In this document: positions 1-10,464 of the stretch, piece after piece
How the letters are laid out: each line of letters begins with the position of its first letter
Position numbering within the stretch: the first letter of the stretch is position 1
NCBI GenBank assembly: GCA_000002445.1
Contig: CP000066.1
Coordinates: 1,504,001 to 1,568,000 of the forward strand
DNA length: 64,000 nucleotides
Direction: 5' to 3'
Source of the DNA: Trypanosoma brucei
Taxonomy: Eukaryota
Notes under the pieces: generated by a model
The model's database searches: none
What the model was told of the DNA's origin: nothing
Seen by the model: only the letters and a program-made list of their open reading frames with translations
Position numbers and translations under genes: made by a program

Positions 1-125
1 ACATATGCTTACATACATCAAGAAATATTCTTTATTTTTTTGTGTACGTGTCATATCTTGCTTCTCCGAAAACTCATTTCTCCTGTTTCGTCTGTATTTC
101 CTTTTTTTTAAAAAAAAAGTGTAAA

Positions 126-1067
126 ATGCCATTCTGGAAGTATTTCGTAATTACCAAACCGGAGGTAGATGATGATGACCTTCCCCTGGCGAAGCACCGC
201 ATTTATGACGATGACGGTAACCTGAAGCCGTTGACTGTGGATTCGATTCAACGGAAAGTCAATACAGCTCAAGGAAAACCCAAAACATCTCCAAAGAAAG
301 AAATAACTCTTACACCAAAAACGCGCGCAAGAATATTGCGAAGTGTGGGGGTTTCTCCAACAGGCCCACGGAGAGTTCCTGAGCCCTCTACTCCAATTAC
401 AGAAGCACTGACAACTCCTGAAAGCGTCAAGAAACGGGCAGTCAGACCCTCTGTAGAAAACTCAGACACGGCACGAGCCCTCTACACATCAAATGCGGAA
501 ACATCAACACCAGACCAGAAGGCAAAAGGAGGAAAGGGATCTCTCAAAACAACACCAAAGAAAAGCGAGACCCCGAAAAGAAGTGCCTCAACACCGTCCA
601 AATCACCAAAGAAGGAAGAACCAAAGACACAACCGACTACTGCTACGGAACCAGCAGCAAAATTATCACCCAAAAAGAGATCTGCTGCCTCGAAGGAGAC
701 CACCCCGAGGAAATCGGCATCACCTCAAAAGGAGAATAACAAACGGAAAGCGGATTCGCCAGTAAACGTAACACCGCCAGCAAAGAAACCTGCTGCATCT
801 AAAAAGGCTAAGAGAAGCAGATCGGCCTCGCCTCAGAAAGAAAAGGAGGAGAAGTCGCCAGTTGCGCAGACATCACCAAAAGCAAAGGCGAAAGGGGCCG
901 CATCGAAGCGTTCACGATCTGAAACGGAAAAGGCGGTAGAGGAAGTGTCACCTCAGTGGAGTTGGTCCATCGATTCCCTCCGGGCGTTTGCCGCGGAAAG
1001 AAAAATTGATATATCGCAATGCAAGAAAAAGGTTGATATCTTTAACAAGATAAAGGATGCGCTATAA
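126..1067 (+). CDS. Basic Lys/Ser/Pro-rich low-complexity protein with repeated SPKK/TPKK-type motifs (possible chromatin/nucleolar protein)
   Basis: Long + strand ORF; ORF-track start at 42 is GTG, first ATG at 126 (MPFWKYF...). The translation carries many S/TPKK, SPQK and KKxxK motifs typical of DNA-binding basic tails. No globular domain recognised. Confidence 0.5.
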   Translation: MPFWKYFVITKPEVDDDDLPLAKHRIYDDDGNLKPLTVDSIQRKVNTAQGKPKTSPKKEITLTPKTRARILRSVGVSPTGPRRVPEPSTPITEALTTPESVKKRAVRPSVENSDTARALYTSNAETSTPDQKAKGGKGSLKTTPKKSETPKRSASTPSKSPKKEEPKTQPTTATEPAAKLSPKKRSAASKETTPRKSASPQKENNKRKADSPVNVTPPAKKPAASKKAKRSRSASPQKEKEEKSPVAQTSPKAKAKGAASKRSRSETEKAVEEVSPQWSWSIDSLRAFAAERKIDISQCKKKVDIFNKIKDAL

Positions 1068-1861
1068 GTGTGTGTTATTTTCTTTTCCTCCATCCCCCTC
1101 ATGTTGTCAGTGATGGTGTGGAGGGTACGGTGGTAGGAGTTTGAGATGTTGTATGTATCTCTCGTTGTAGATGCCTCTTGTGGCACAAATACCTTTTGGT
1201 AGGCAAACTGGTTGAATGCATCACAGGGGTTTAGAGGTATTCCTCCGGTGTGGATCTGTGGAGTCTGCACTGTTGTTTAAATGATTCAAATTCACATTTG
1301 TATTTTAGAGATATTCCCCCGGGGCACCGAAGGACACATGCATCCCCGTCAACAGCAATACGGATGAGGGGATGATGTGGGATATACCCGCACGTGTGTT
1401 GAAAGTGTTCTGAGCATCTTTGCAGTGGAAAGGGGGGAAAAAAGTAATAAAATAAAACAACCCTCGACGGGACGTAACTTCCATGAGTCAAGGGAAGTAT
1501 AGATGGATGGAAATACATGCAGGAAAAGTTGATACTGTCATGAATCAGGGTGAGTTTTTATAAATGTACCAACCTTTTCCATCAATATCTTTTCGTTTCG
1601 TGAGATTCTGATTATTCCATTCTATTCGGTTCGGTTCGTATGTACTCCTCATTCGTCCTAGATCATGTCCTGTCCACTCTCGCCCACATTCGCTGTGCGG
1701 CATACCGCACTGCGCTTTTTTCTTTTTTTTTTTGTGTGCATATGCGTTAGTGGAGTATGGACATATATATGTAGATGTATAAATATATTTATTTGTGCGT
1801 TTTTTGTCGTCATTTTTACTCTTGTTGTAGCTATATGAAGTTGAAGAGATTAAAAGGCTAA

Positions 1862-3415
1862 ATGATAACGGACGTTACGAGCACTAAACGGCCCGTGGAA
1901 TCACGCAAGTGCATTGTTGTAATGTGTGCGGATACGCGTTATCATGTTGTTAGAACTGCTGCCGTATCGCTTGGTTGGCACGTGGAGGACGGGGAACGTG
2001 ATGATGTACCCTCCTCCTTTCATGGGATTTCACTAAATAAAGATATGAATTCCCTTAGTGAAACAATTTCTCTTCTCGGCGCCAAGTGTAATGCGGCTCT
2101 AAATCCTCAGATAATTTGGCTGGACAAAAGCGTTTTATCGTCCCGTGTCGCTGCGTTATCGTGCTTCCATCGCGTCAATCACTTCCCAGGCATGCATGTG
2201 ATTGCACGTAAAGCTACCTTGTTTAAGCGGCTCATGCGTATCCGCCGCCAACACGATCTGTCGCCAACGTTAAGGCGTTCACTTGACGCGTTTCCATGGA
2301 GTTTTTCCCCTTCCACAGAGTTACTTCAACTTGAGAGGTTTATTAGCGATGGACGTGAAGGGGAAATCTTTATACTTAAACCAAATAAAGGATGTGAGGG
2401 GAAGGGTATAATCATTACAGCGGAACCTCTACATGTTGTGGAGAGGATGACAGATGAGGAAAGAAATGAGTGCCTCGTACAACAGTACGTGCCGCATCCC
2501 CTTTGTATTGACCGTAAGAAGTTTGATTTGCGTATTTATGTCCTCGTGACGTCTGTTGTTGTCGGTAAGCCGCCTCGAAAAGGGTTCCGCGGTGCAGCTC
2601 CGCCAAAAGAAACGCATGGTGGATCTTCTTTTCCTCTAAATGGGCTTCAGTTGTTTGTTCATAAGGAGGGTTTGGTGCGTATCTGCACAGAAGACTATGC
2701 GACCCCCAACGCAAGCAACTGTAAAAGACAGGGCATGCATTTAACCAATTACGCTGTTAATAAGCGGGCTCAAGGGTTTTCGGTTGGTGATGTTTTGAAT
2801 ACAGATGATAGTAGCAGTAATGGGATTTGTGAAGGAAACAAGCGAGACTTCAAGTTTTTGGAGCATTACATCAATGGCCTTGTTGGGTGCAAATCCGATA
2901 CAACTGAAGATGATGTTTCCGGCGGCGAAACCACATCACGCTGGGAACGTGTCTTGCACCGAATCGACAGATGTATTTTACTGACGGTACTTTCCGGATT
3001 GGAGAATTTGCGGCGAGAGTTTATTGGAACAGGAGCTTCACGTGGTTCACGAAGCGACGGTCGTAACTGCTTTGAGTTACTTGGAGTTGACATTTTGTTA
3101 ACGGAGGATTTAAAGCCTGTTCTTATGGAGGTAAATCATTCCCCTTCCCTATTTTGCGACTCCGATTTTGACTTTCGAACAAAACACCGCGTACTGATGG
3201 ATGTATTTCGTTTGCTAGAACCATATGTGCCTTCGCTTGAGAATTGTAATGATGCGGCGTATGCAACACTTCAGGAGTCCATAACTGCGGGAGGTAACAT
3301 GTCTTCGACGGGGTTTCGACAAATATCTCCTTTACGCGTGGGTGGTGATGACTGGGCGGATGAAGAAATGCAAATGTTTGAGGAAATGCTTCGTCATGCA
3401 AACGGGTTGAGGTAA
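1862..3415 (+). CDS. Tubulin-tyrosine ligase-like (TTL/TTLL family) protein
   Basis: ATG at 1862. The translation carries TTL ATP-grasp signatures: FILKPNKGCEGKGIII, QQYVPHPLCIDRKKFDLRIYVLVTS and CFELLGVDILLTEDLKPVLMEVNHSPSL. Confidence 0.75.
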   Translation: MITDVTSTKRPVESRKCIVVMCADTRYHVVRTAAVSLGWHVEDGERDDVPSSFHGISLNKDMNSLSETISLLGAKCNAALNPQIIWLDKSVLSSRVAALSCFHRVNHFPGMHVIARKATLFKRLMRIRRQHDLSPTLRRSLDAFPWSFSPSTELLQLERFISDGREGEIFILKPNKGCEGKGIIITAEPLHVVERMTDEERNECLVQQYVPHPLCIDRKKFDLRIYVLVTSVVVGKPPRKGFRGAAPPKETHGGSSFPLNGLQLFVHKEGLVRICTEDYATPNASNCKRQGMHLTNYAVNKRAQGFSVGDVLNTDDSSSNGICEGNKRDFKFLEHYINGLVGCKSDTTEDDVSGGETTSRWERVLHRIDRCILLTVLSGLENLRREFIGTGASRGSRSDGRNCFELLGVDILLTEDLKPVLMEVNHSPSLFCDSDFDFRTKHRVLMDVFRLLEPYVPSLENCNDAAYATLQESITAGGNMSSTGFRQISPLRVGGDDWADEEMQMFEEMLRHANGLR

Positions 3416-4125
3416 CATAACATTTTCGTAAAGCGTCCAGCTTGAAAGCGAACTGCGAGATATGATGGTCCCTCCTGTCGCTTTATCGATTTTCTTTTTT
3501 TTTTTCTCTCTCTCTTTTTTACATGTGCTTTGAGGGGCATTACTCGGTCCTGTTGTCCGGATGTTTTGATACTCTGTGGTTTCTTATTTTGTGGTTACCT
3601 AAACCGTGTGTCTGTCTGTTCGTACTACCACTATTCAAGAGGGAAAAAGAAAAGGAAGAGTGGGTTCGACACAAACCGTTTTTTATTTAAAAGGGGATAT
3701 TCGCAGGTTGGCAGTGGGGCACTTTTTATAGTATTGGTTTCGAATGTCGAAACGCATACCGTAAGATGTTAGTAATGAAAAAAAAAAGATGTCTGCATTG
3801 TAACTAACTACGTGGAATTTAACAACAAAGCCAAAAAAGGAAAAGAAAAAAAAAGAAAAATAATACAATAAACGTACCGTTACATAAATTCCCTTCTCCC
3901 ATCGTGGCGTTGGTTTCCGCCTGTATTCATGATGTCTGTCAACAACAGGGGCACTGTCTTTGTGGGGGTGAAATATTAACGTGTATTATTCGCTATTGGC
4001 ACTTCTTTTTTTTTAAAAAAAGACTTGTAGTTGTTTCTGAGTTATTTTTGTAGGTTCCAGGAACCTCTTTTCAAACGATGTGTTGTAAGCAATATATATA
4101 TATATAACCCCCTATGCGTCAGGGC

Positions 4126-4154
4126 CTCTTTTCCTTTTCCTTTTTCTTTTTTGC
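4126..4154 (+). promoter_or_regulatory. Polypyrimidine tract (putative trans-splicing/polyadenylation signal) upstream of RING-H2 gene
   Basis: cttttccttttcctttttcttttttgc, followed by AG dinucleotides before ATG 4267. Standard kinetoplastid processing signal (established knowledge). Confidence 0.5.
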
Positions 4155-4266
4155 TATTATTAGAACATTTTCCACCCGTGAGGTGTATTTTAGACTAAGG
4201 TATATTTGGTACCCCGCTCTTTTAAAGGGTTTTAATAAGAGGGGTCAAAAACAAACAAACAAACCC

Positions 4267-5814
4267 ATGACTTCTCCAAAACGGCCCGTGACTTCTTTTG
4301 TTCCATTTGATGAATCTTCCCAACAAACTACCACTGATGTGAACATAGTGGAAATGGCGATTCATCGCTCTATCGGACTTTTTTCTATTAATGTCTTTGA
4401 CGACACAACAGCAGATGTCGCACCAGAGGATAGTATGAAATTAGACGACTCCACAATTGCGTTGATGAAAACATACGTGCTTTCCCGTTTACTTGGCCAT
4501 CCCCATGAACCACGCTTAACATCGGAGGTTGAATCGAGGTTCTCCGCATTTATTCATGAGCGGAATAGTCGAAACCTTCTTGAACTACAGCAGGTGTTTT
4601 GGTGGGCTCGAAAGTTTCACAAGACGCCTGTAACTGACCTCTTTGCGGAATATACACGTGGTCATGCTGCTCAGCGACAGGCATGGTGCCGCTCGAAAGG
4701 TAGAAATGGTCAATGTATTTCTAGAGTAGATCGTTCGTCATTTCGTACCCGGTCGGTGTTACGAGAGTCGATGCTTCCGTGTTTTTCAACTGGCAAAAGG
4801 GTTGGTGTTCCACCATACAATTACAGAGTAGCTCCATCACTTCAAGAGGATGTTGTGAGGGTGTTATTGACAGCTTTAGCTCAACAACCGATTAGTTTTC
4901 TCCTTCCTGACGGGCGTATCCTTCCCCTATTAATGGCAAATCCCATACCATTGCCCTCTTGCATTACAAGTTCATACCGCTGCGATACTTGTGCCAATTA
5001 TCCCTCATATGTGGCTTTTCAATCATCTGCAGGTGCAAATGCACACGAAACCCCGGCTGACGTGACATGTTTGTCTAGCATCACAATGTGCTTGCCTTGT
5101 GCAGTGCACTTCGTGTATGAAAGCTTTGCTAAAATGAAAGCAGCGTTGGCGCCACCGAAGTACGTGCCATTTAACGATGGGGAGTGTCGAATGAACGTGT
5201 GGTCTGCGGTTTATGAGGGAAACACAGTGTGGATGTCTGTAGAACTTGAACCAATTAATTTATATTTGTGCGTGTGGCAGTTACAGGAAGGGCTGTTGAT
5301 GGACCAGCTGCCATTCGCTGAGCAGTTCTCTTCGGTGGCGGTGCCAACAGGAACGTGGCGTGAGCAAGCAACAATAGTTTCTCTTCACAATGGTAAAAAG
5401 CAATACGATCCGACAGCCGTGTGCCCCATATGTTTAGAGCCGTTTAATTCACTGGACCTGAACAATGAAAATAGCGTTTTCTCTGCGGTCATGAAAACGA
5501 GTTGTCAGCATTGGTTTCACACTCAATGCCTTGTGGATTTGCGGTGTGCCTCCTCGAGTAGTGGTGTTTGCCCGATATGTCGGAATAAAAACTATATTCC
5601 GAATTCAAGCACAAGTGAGGCATATGAGGTGAAATTAACATTGGCGCAATCTCCACGGGGTATGCGACCACCAGTTGTTAGAGTAGCGGTAGCGGCACTT
5701 CTTGGTGAGGAGTACATAAACCCAACATCTGTTGTTGCGTGTCGCGTCTTGAACCTTCGCTGTGGCGAGGAATTTAACGATCGGGAGAAAGACAGCTCCT
5801 GTTCTCCCATGTAA
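4267..5814 (+). CDS. RING-H2 zinc finger protein (putative E3 ubiquitin ligase)
   Basis: C-terminal CPICLEPF...CQHWFHTQCLVDL...CPICR spacing fits RING-H2. The ORF-track start at 4114 translates the upstream polypyrimidine tract (FSFSFFFF); the first plausible ATG past the tract is 4267 (MTSPKRPV). Confidence 0.6.
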   Translation: MTSPKRPVTSFVPFDESSQQTTTDVNIVEMAIHRSIGLFSINVFDDTTADVAPEDSMKLDDSTIALMKTYVLSRLLGHPHEPRLTSEVESRFSAFIHERNSRNLLELQQVFWWARKFHKTPVTDLFAEYTRGHAAQRQAWCRSKGRNGQCISRVDRSSFRTRSVLRESMLPCFSTGKRVGVPPYNYRVAPSLQEDVVRVLLTALAQQPISFLLPDGRILPLLMANPIPLPSCITSSYRCDTCANYPSYVAFQSSAGANAHETPADVTCLSSITMCLPCAVHFVYESFAKMKAALAPPKYVPFNDGECRMNVWSAVYEGNTVWMSVELEPINLYLCVWQLQEGLLMDQLPFAEQFSSVAVPTGTWREQATIVSLHNGKKQYDPTAVCPICLEPFNSLDLNNENSVFSAVMKTSCQHWFHTQCLVDLRCASSSSGVCPICRNKNYIPNSSTSEAYEVKLTLAQSPRGMRPPVVRVAVAALLGEEYINPTSVVACRVLNLRCGEEFNDREKDSSCSPM

Positions 5815-6671
5815 TTTCACACAAACAAGCAAACAAACACAATACACACAATAATACACAAGGTTTGATGCAGGGGGGAAAGATAAAACGGAAATAAATA
5901 TGAGTGATTTCCGCTTATGAAAGGTTTTAGTTTACAGAGGCGTTCAAGTGGAGGTTGGTGACCAGTTTTTTTCCCCCTTTTCCGTGGTTATTGGTGTTGT
6001 TGTTGTTATTGTTATTTTCCTCCTCTCATATTTGAACCTGATGTCCTGTTGTTGCTTTCAACCGCGGTTTCATACCAAATTTTTTTGGGAACGAATCCGG
6101 AGCTGGTGGGTTGTAAGCGCTCACGCGTGTTAAATTGTTTGCCCACTTGATATGTTTGCTGAAACAACATATTCGCTTTAATTTAATTTAATTTACTTTC
6201 CTTTTTTTTTTCGAACAATCCACAGTGATGTCTTACCTGCATTGTGTGCGAGTGCAGTGTAGTTAATTTTTTTTCTTTTATGTTTCTCTTATGTGAAATG
6301 ATGAGCTCTTCTTCGAATTGGTGCAATGAAGTTAAATTTGGTAGGGAAGAAGCAAACTAATTATATTTAATGCACATTTTTCTAATACATTTTGTTTCAG
6401 CACACTCCTTTCCCCCAAACTTTCCTCTGATCGGTGCAATATTAAACTTCAACCTTGTCGCTGGCGGTTGTGGTGGTTGCTCGTTCCTTCAGCAAAAACA
6501 AAAAACAAAACAAAAAAGAAAAGAAAAGCAACGACGGAACCACAAACACAAACAAATGTGGTACATATCGCGTGCGTCACATGTTATGCACATTTTTTTT
6601 TTTTTGAAGTTGAGAGGGATACACAAGGGATTCACTACCGCAACTGCTTTTGCGCAGGTATGTACGTATGT

Positions 6672-6718
6672 TTATATTTATATATATTTATATATATTTA
6701 TATATATTTATATATATT
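6672..6718. repeat. (TATATATTTA)n decamer microsatellite, ~4.5 copies
   Basis: Direct reading: tttatatttatatatatttatatatatttatatatatttatatatat. Confidence 0.9.
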
Positions 6719-7055
6719 ACATGTCTGTCGGTCTGTCGGTTTTTTTTGTTGTGCATTTGATTTGAAACACACTGGCGGTATGCGGGTACAGTAATTTTCA
6801 TCTCCCTATGCTGAAAAATGCTTATGAGGGCTCTCACTCCTTTTTTAGAAAAAAAAATCTTGTTTCAGGAGTTGTGTGTTGGTGGTGTATGTTGCCTTTT
6901 TTCCCCCCCCTTTATCTGGACTATTATTCAGTTTCTTTTTTGTTTTTGTTTTCTTCCTTATATTTGGGGAGGGGAGGGGTGCTTTTAAATTTCTTCCTTT
7001 TCTTTTTTTTTGCTGATAATAATCGGGATTCGTCACCTTGAAGTTTTTTTTTCTT

Positions 7056-7089
7056 GGGTGTGGGGGTGGGGGAGGCGGAGAGGGGGAGG
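7056..7089 (+). repeat. G-run cluster (GGG, G5, G5, G5): G-quadruplex-capable
   Basis: ttgggtgtgggggtgggggaggcggagagggggagg. Confidence 0.8.
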
Positions 7090-7721
7090 TCAATGATCGC
7101 TCAATTCTTTTTTTTTCTTTCAATAATAATAATAATTATTATTATTAATATTATTGACACGAATAATGGAAAGAGTTTGTACAGGGGAGGGCCGAGGAAG
7201 TTGTTTGAGTCTCATGAGAAAGGGACAACTCGATGAGTTTTATACTAATAATAATAATTATTGTTGCTGTCGCCTCCTTATTTTCTTTTGTTCGAAACTT
7301 CCCAACAAATTGTTGAGGTTGGTGACGGAAGCTTGATTCCCGTTGTGTATGCTCGTGTCCTTTTTGTATTTCTCTTCCTTTTTATCGTCATTTTGGCTTC
7401 TGTTTGTGTTTGTATTTGTGTTTGTGTGTTTTTTTTAATTATTTTGGTGCCCGTTGTTATTTTTGGATGAAGTTCCTCTCATTTTTATATCAAAGAAATG
7501 TCTACCCGCTTCCGTCAGCCGATAGCGTTGGGACACGAGTTTCATGTGAAACCCCTCAGGACAAAAAAAAATTTTCCGCCACACTTCGAATCTTTCAACT
7601 CCCTTGATTGATTCTTGAATTTTGAATTTTGTTTTTTTTAAATAATATATATACAAATCTTTTCTTCGTTGTTGTCTTTTTTTTTCTTTTGCCCTGTAGT
7701 TTTCTGCTGGCTCTCTCTCTT

Positions 7722-7748
7722 TATATATATATATATATATATATATAT
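7722..7748. repeat. (TA)13-14 dinucleotide microsatellite preceded by (CT)5
   Basis: ctctctctct ttatatatatatatatatatatatatatatta. Confidence 0.9.
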
Positions 7749-7920
7749 TACAACGGAGGAGGAGAGAAAGAAAATAAATGAAAGAAAAACCTTCTGTAAA
7801 GTTGTGCCTACTCAAGTGAGTTGTTAACACATTTGGATGGGAGGACGGCCCCCTCCCCTACAGCACCTTCCTTTTGTTTGTCATGTGCCCCAATTTGTTA
7901 TCTCTTCACATCCTTTAATG

Positions 7921-8070
7921 ATTTTCTAACTTCTTCCTTCTCCATCAATTCGTATTCTTTTTTTTATATATATCTTTTCTTCCATTTCTATTTTACTTTA
8001 CTTTTTTTTAATGTTTAATATCCTCTCTCTCGCTTTTTCCCATTTTCCTCACCCTACATTTTTTTTTTAA
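7921..8070 (+). promoter_or_regulatory. Extended pyrimidine-rich tract upstream of RIO1
   Basis: About 150 nt dominated by T/C runs (cttttcttccatttctattttactttactttttttt ... cattttcctcaccctacatttttttttt). Confidence 0.45.
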
Positions 8071-8104
8071 ATGTAGAAGGGTGTTTAGAAAACATTTCAA
8101 GGAA

Positions 8105-9823
8105 ATGCCCACCCACAGAGATCCGGATGAGCTTGAAGAGTTATTACAATATATGGCACCTGGAAGTACAATAGACGATATCGTTAGTGATAGTAACAGT
8201 GATGATGAAGTTGGTAATTATCGCGTTATGCATGGAGGTCGTCGGTGTGATGCTGCGCGTATTGTATTAGGTTCTGCGCCTGGTACCAATACTCAGCGTG
8301 AGACAACGTCATTAAGTAAAATGCAACCCTCAAAACACACTACAAATAATGCCAGTGTATTACGTAGGATACGTGTGGATGAGTTTTATGGGGACGTCGC
8401 CCCTGGTGTGGGTGGTGGCGGTAGCAGTAGTGTAAATCAGAGGACAATTAATGATCTTAAAGATGTGGCGCATTCCAACCGACTCGCCTCCACGCAGGCA
8501 CCGCGAGATGTGGACCGATCGGAACGGGCAACTGTAGAGAATGTCATGGACCCACGGACCCGGTTGTTGTTATACAAACTTGTGAACAGCGGTCAGCTTC
8601 GTGAGATTAATGGTTGTGTGTCAACTGGAAAGGAGGCAAATGTTTACTACGCAGTTGCTGGTGATGGGAGCCCAGCCGCTGTGAAGGTGTTCAAGACGTC
8701 TATTCTTGTGTTCAGAGACCGCGATAAATACGTGTCTGGGGAGTTCAGGTTCCAGCGGTACTGTAAAAGTAACCCACGCAAAATGGTGCGTACGTGGGCG
8801 GAAAAGGAAGCGCGCAATTTGAACCGCCTGCAGGATGGTGGAGTTCTTGCGCCTGCAGTGATTCTTTTGCGGCAACATGTTATTGTAATGGAATTTCTTG
8901 GTGAGGACGGGTGGCCCGCGCCTCGGTTAAAAGAGGTCCGTTTCCCTTCTGCTGCAGCGTTGGACAAATGCTACCTTGATTTGTGCTGCACGATGCGCAA
9001 AATGTACGGTCGGAGTAAACTCATTCATGGAGACCTTTCCGAGTATAATCTTCTGTTGTACCGCGGCCGTGTTGTGGTTATCGATGTTTCGCAATCGGTT
9101 GAAAAGGACCATCCGCGTGCAATGGACTTTTTGCGGCGTGATATCGTTAATGTTAACGCCTTCTTTCGGACAAGAGGGCATCAGCAGCTTTTCTCACTTC
9201 AAGACTTATTTCACTTCATCACGGCACCTCCGGCATCTCGTGGCTGGCAGCGCTGCGAAGGATCTGATAACTCCTCGGAGATTTTACAACATTTGCTTTC
9301 TCTACGCGAGGAGCGTGAACGCGAAGGTAATTTGACTGCTGTGGATGAGGATCAAGCCAAAGTGGATGAACAAGTTTTTTTGAACATCGCAGTACCACGT
9401 AGTCTTGGGGAAATTGCAGACCACCGAGCTCCCAACGCAGAAATTGCGCCATACGTTGCCGAAATGACAGCGGCACGTGCGGACTCGCTAGCGGAGGTAA
9501 AACACGAAAATCAAAAAAATATGACTGAGGAAAAGAATGAGGAAGATGAGGAAAGTGATGATTATGACGAATGTGAAACGGATGATAGTGACGGTACGGA
9601 TGATGACGGACAGGAAAGAGCCGGTAAAAGGGGGAAAAGCAACGAGAAGAATGCCACTGCTGAGTACGATGATGACGGAGAGGGGCGGCAATTACCCAAA
9701 ACAATTGCTGAGATGACGAAGGAGGAGCGCAAAATATACCACAAGTCTGTGAAGGAGGCCAATCGCGAGCGTCGTGCGAACAAGAAGAAGTCGAAAAATG
9801 GAAAGGCGAAGAAAAAGAAATAG
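8105..9823 (+). CDS. RIO1: RIO1-type atypical serine protein kinase
   Basis: ORF-track start 8081 is GTG; first ATG at 8105. RIO1 signatures present: GCVSTGKEANVYYA, LIHGDLSEYNLLLYRGRVVVIDVSQSV and EKDHPRAMDFLRRD. Acidic then Lys-rich C-terminal tail. Confidence 0.8.
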   Translation: MPTHRDPDELEELLQYMAPGSTIDDIVSDSNSDDEVGNYRVMHGGRRCDAARIVLGSAPGTNTQRETTSLSKMQPSKHTTNNASVLRRIRVDEFYGDVAPGVGGGGSSSVNQRTINDLKDVAHSNRLASTQAPRDVDRSERATVENVMDPRTRLLLYKLVNSGQLREINGCVSTGKEANVYYAVAGDGSPAAVKVFKTSILVFRDRDKYVSGEFRFQRYCKSNPRKMVRTWAEKEARNLNRLQDGGVLAPAVILLRQHVIVMEFLGEDGWPAPRLKEVRFPSAAALDKCYLDLCCTMRKMYGRSKLIHGDLSEYNLLLYRGRVVVIDVSQSVEKDHPRAMDFLRRDIVNVNAFFRTRGHQQLFSLQDLFHFITAPPASRGWQRCEGSDNSSEILQHLLSLREEREREGNLTAVDEDQAKVDEQVFLNIAVPRSLGEIADHRAPNAEIAPYVAEMTAARADSLAEVKHENQKNMTEEKNEEDEESDDYDECETDDSDGTDDDGQERAGKRGKSNEKNATAEYDDDGEGRQLPKTIAEMTKEERKIYHKSVKEANRERRANKKKSKNGKAKKKK

Positions 9824-10464
9824 CACAGGTGTACATGGGCGTAATATTGGCTCATGAAAGCATCAAATAAATAAAATCGTGTAACGTTAACCCCATCCTG
9901 CAGTATCAAGGGGAGAGTTTGAGTGTCATTAGATTCATCTCATGCTTCACATGATTTCTTTCCTTTTACAAGCGTGAATGAGCTATGAGGAGGGAAGGGA
10001 ACTGATGGTAAAGTAATAAAATAAAAGAAAGTTATAATGATATGATTGTGGAATTGCGTCTCTCCATATGTTAACATATACACGAATATACATGTGTTTG
10101 TATACATCTTTTTTTTTTAAAAAAAAAATATATGTGGGAATTTTTTTTTAGCATACTTTTTTATCATTTTTTTTTTGAATCTGCTCATCAACATAGGTTA
10201 GAAGCAAACAAAAAACAAGTAAAAAAAGAGGAGAAAGCGGTCTGAGACACTGCTGTGGAGAGGGGCTACAACGGCTAAAGCCCTTTACGCTCTTCTTGCG
10301 TGTAGTACCATCATTTCTACCAGGTGTTTGGTTGCATTTAAAATATTTTGTTACGACTGATAATTTTGTTATATTATTATTATTATTATTTTCAACGGTT
10401 ATCGCTAATTGTTAACCCGATACGTCAGGTGTGGGTTCCTGTGGTCATCCCATGAAGTTTGGGA

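Noticed and set aside
42-125. ORF-track N-terminal extensions (also at 4114, 8081, 10459, 11716, 15690, 22194, 35587, 38796, 52023, 54284, 56374)
   Set aside because: Eight of these starts are GTG or TTG; at 4114 and 15690 the extension translates the upstream polypyrimidine tract. Eukaryotic nuclear genes initiate at ATG, so starts were moved to the first plausible in-frame ATG.
6370-7041. Several 77-131 aa + strand ORFs in the long spacer
   Set aside because: Their translations are microsatellite-derived low complexity (IYIYIYL, FFFF, KKKRK) and overlap one another in different frames.
9219-9836. 205-aa minus-strand ORF antisense to the RIO1 C-terminus
   Set aside because: It lies within the acidic/Lys-rich tail-coding region of RIO1, the composition is low-complexity (His/Pro/Ser/Phe-rich), and it is antisense within a single-strand gene array.
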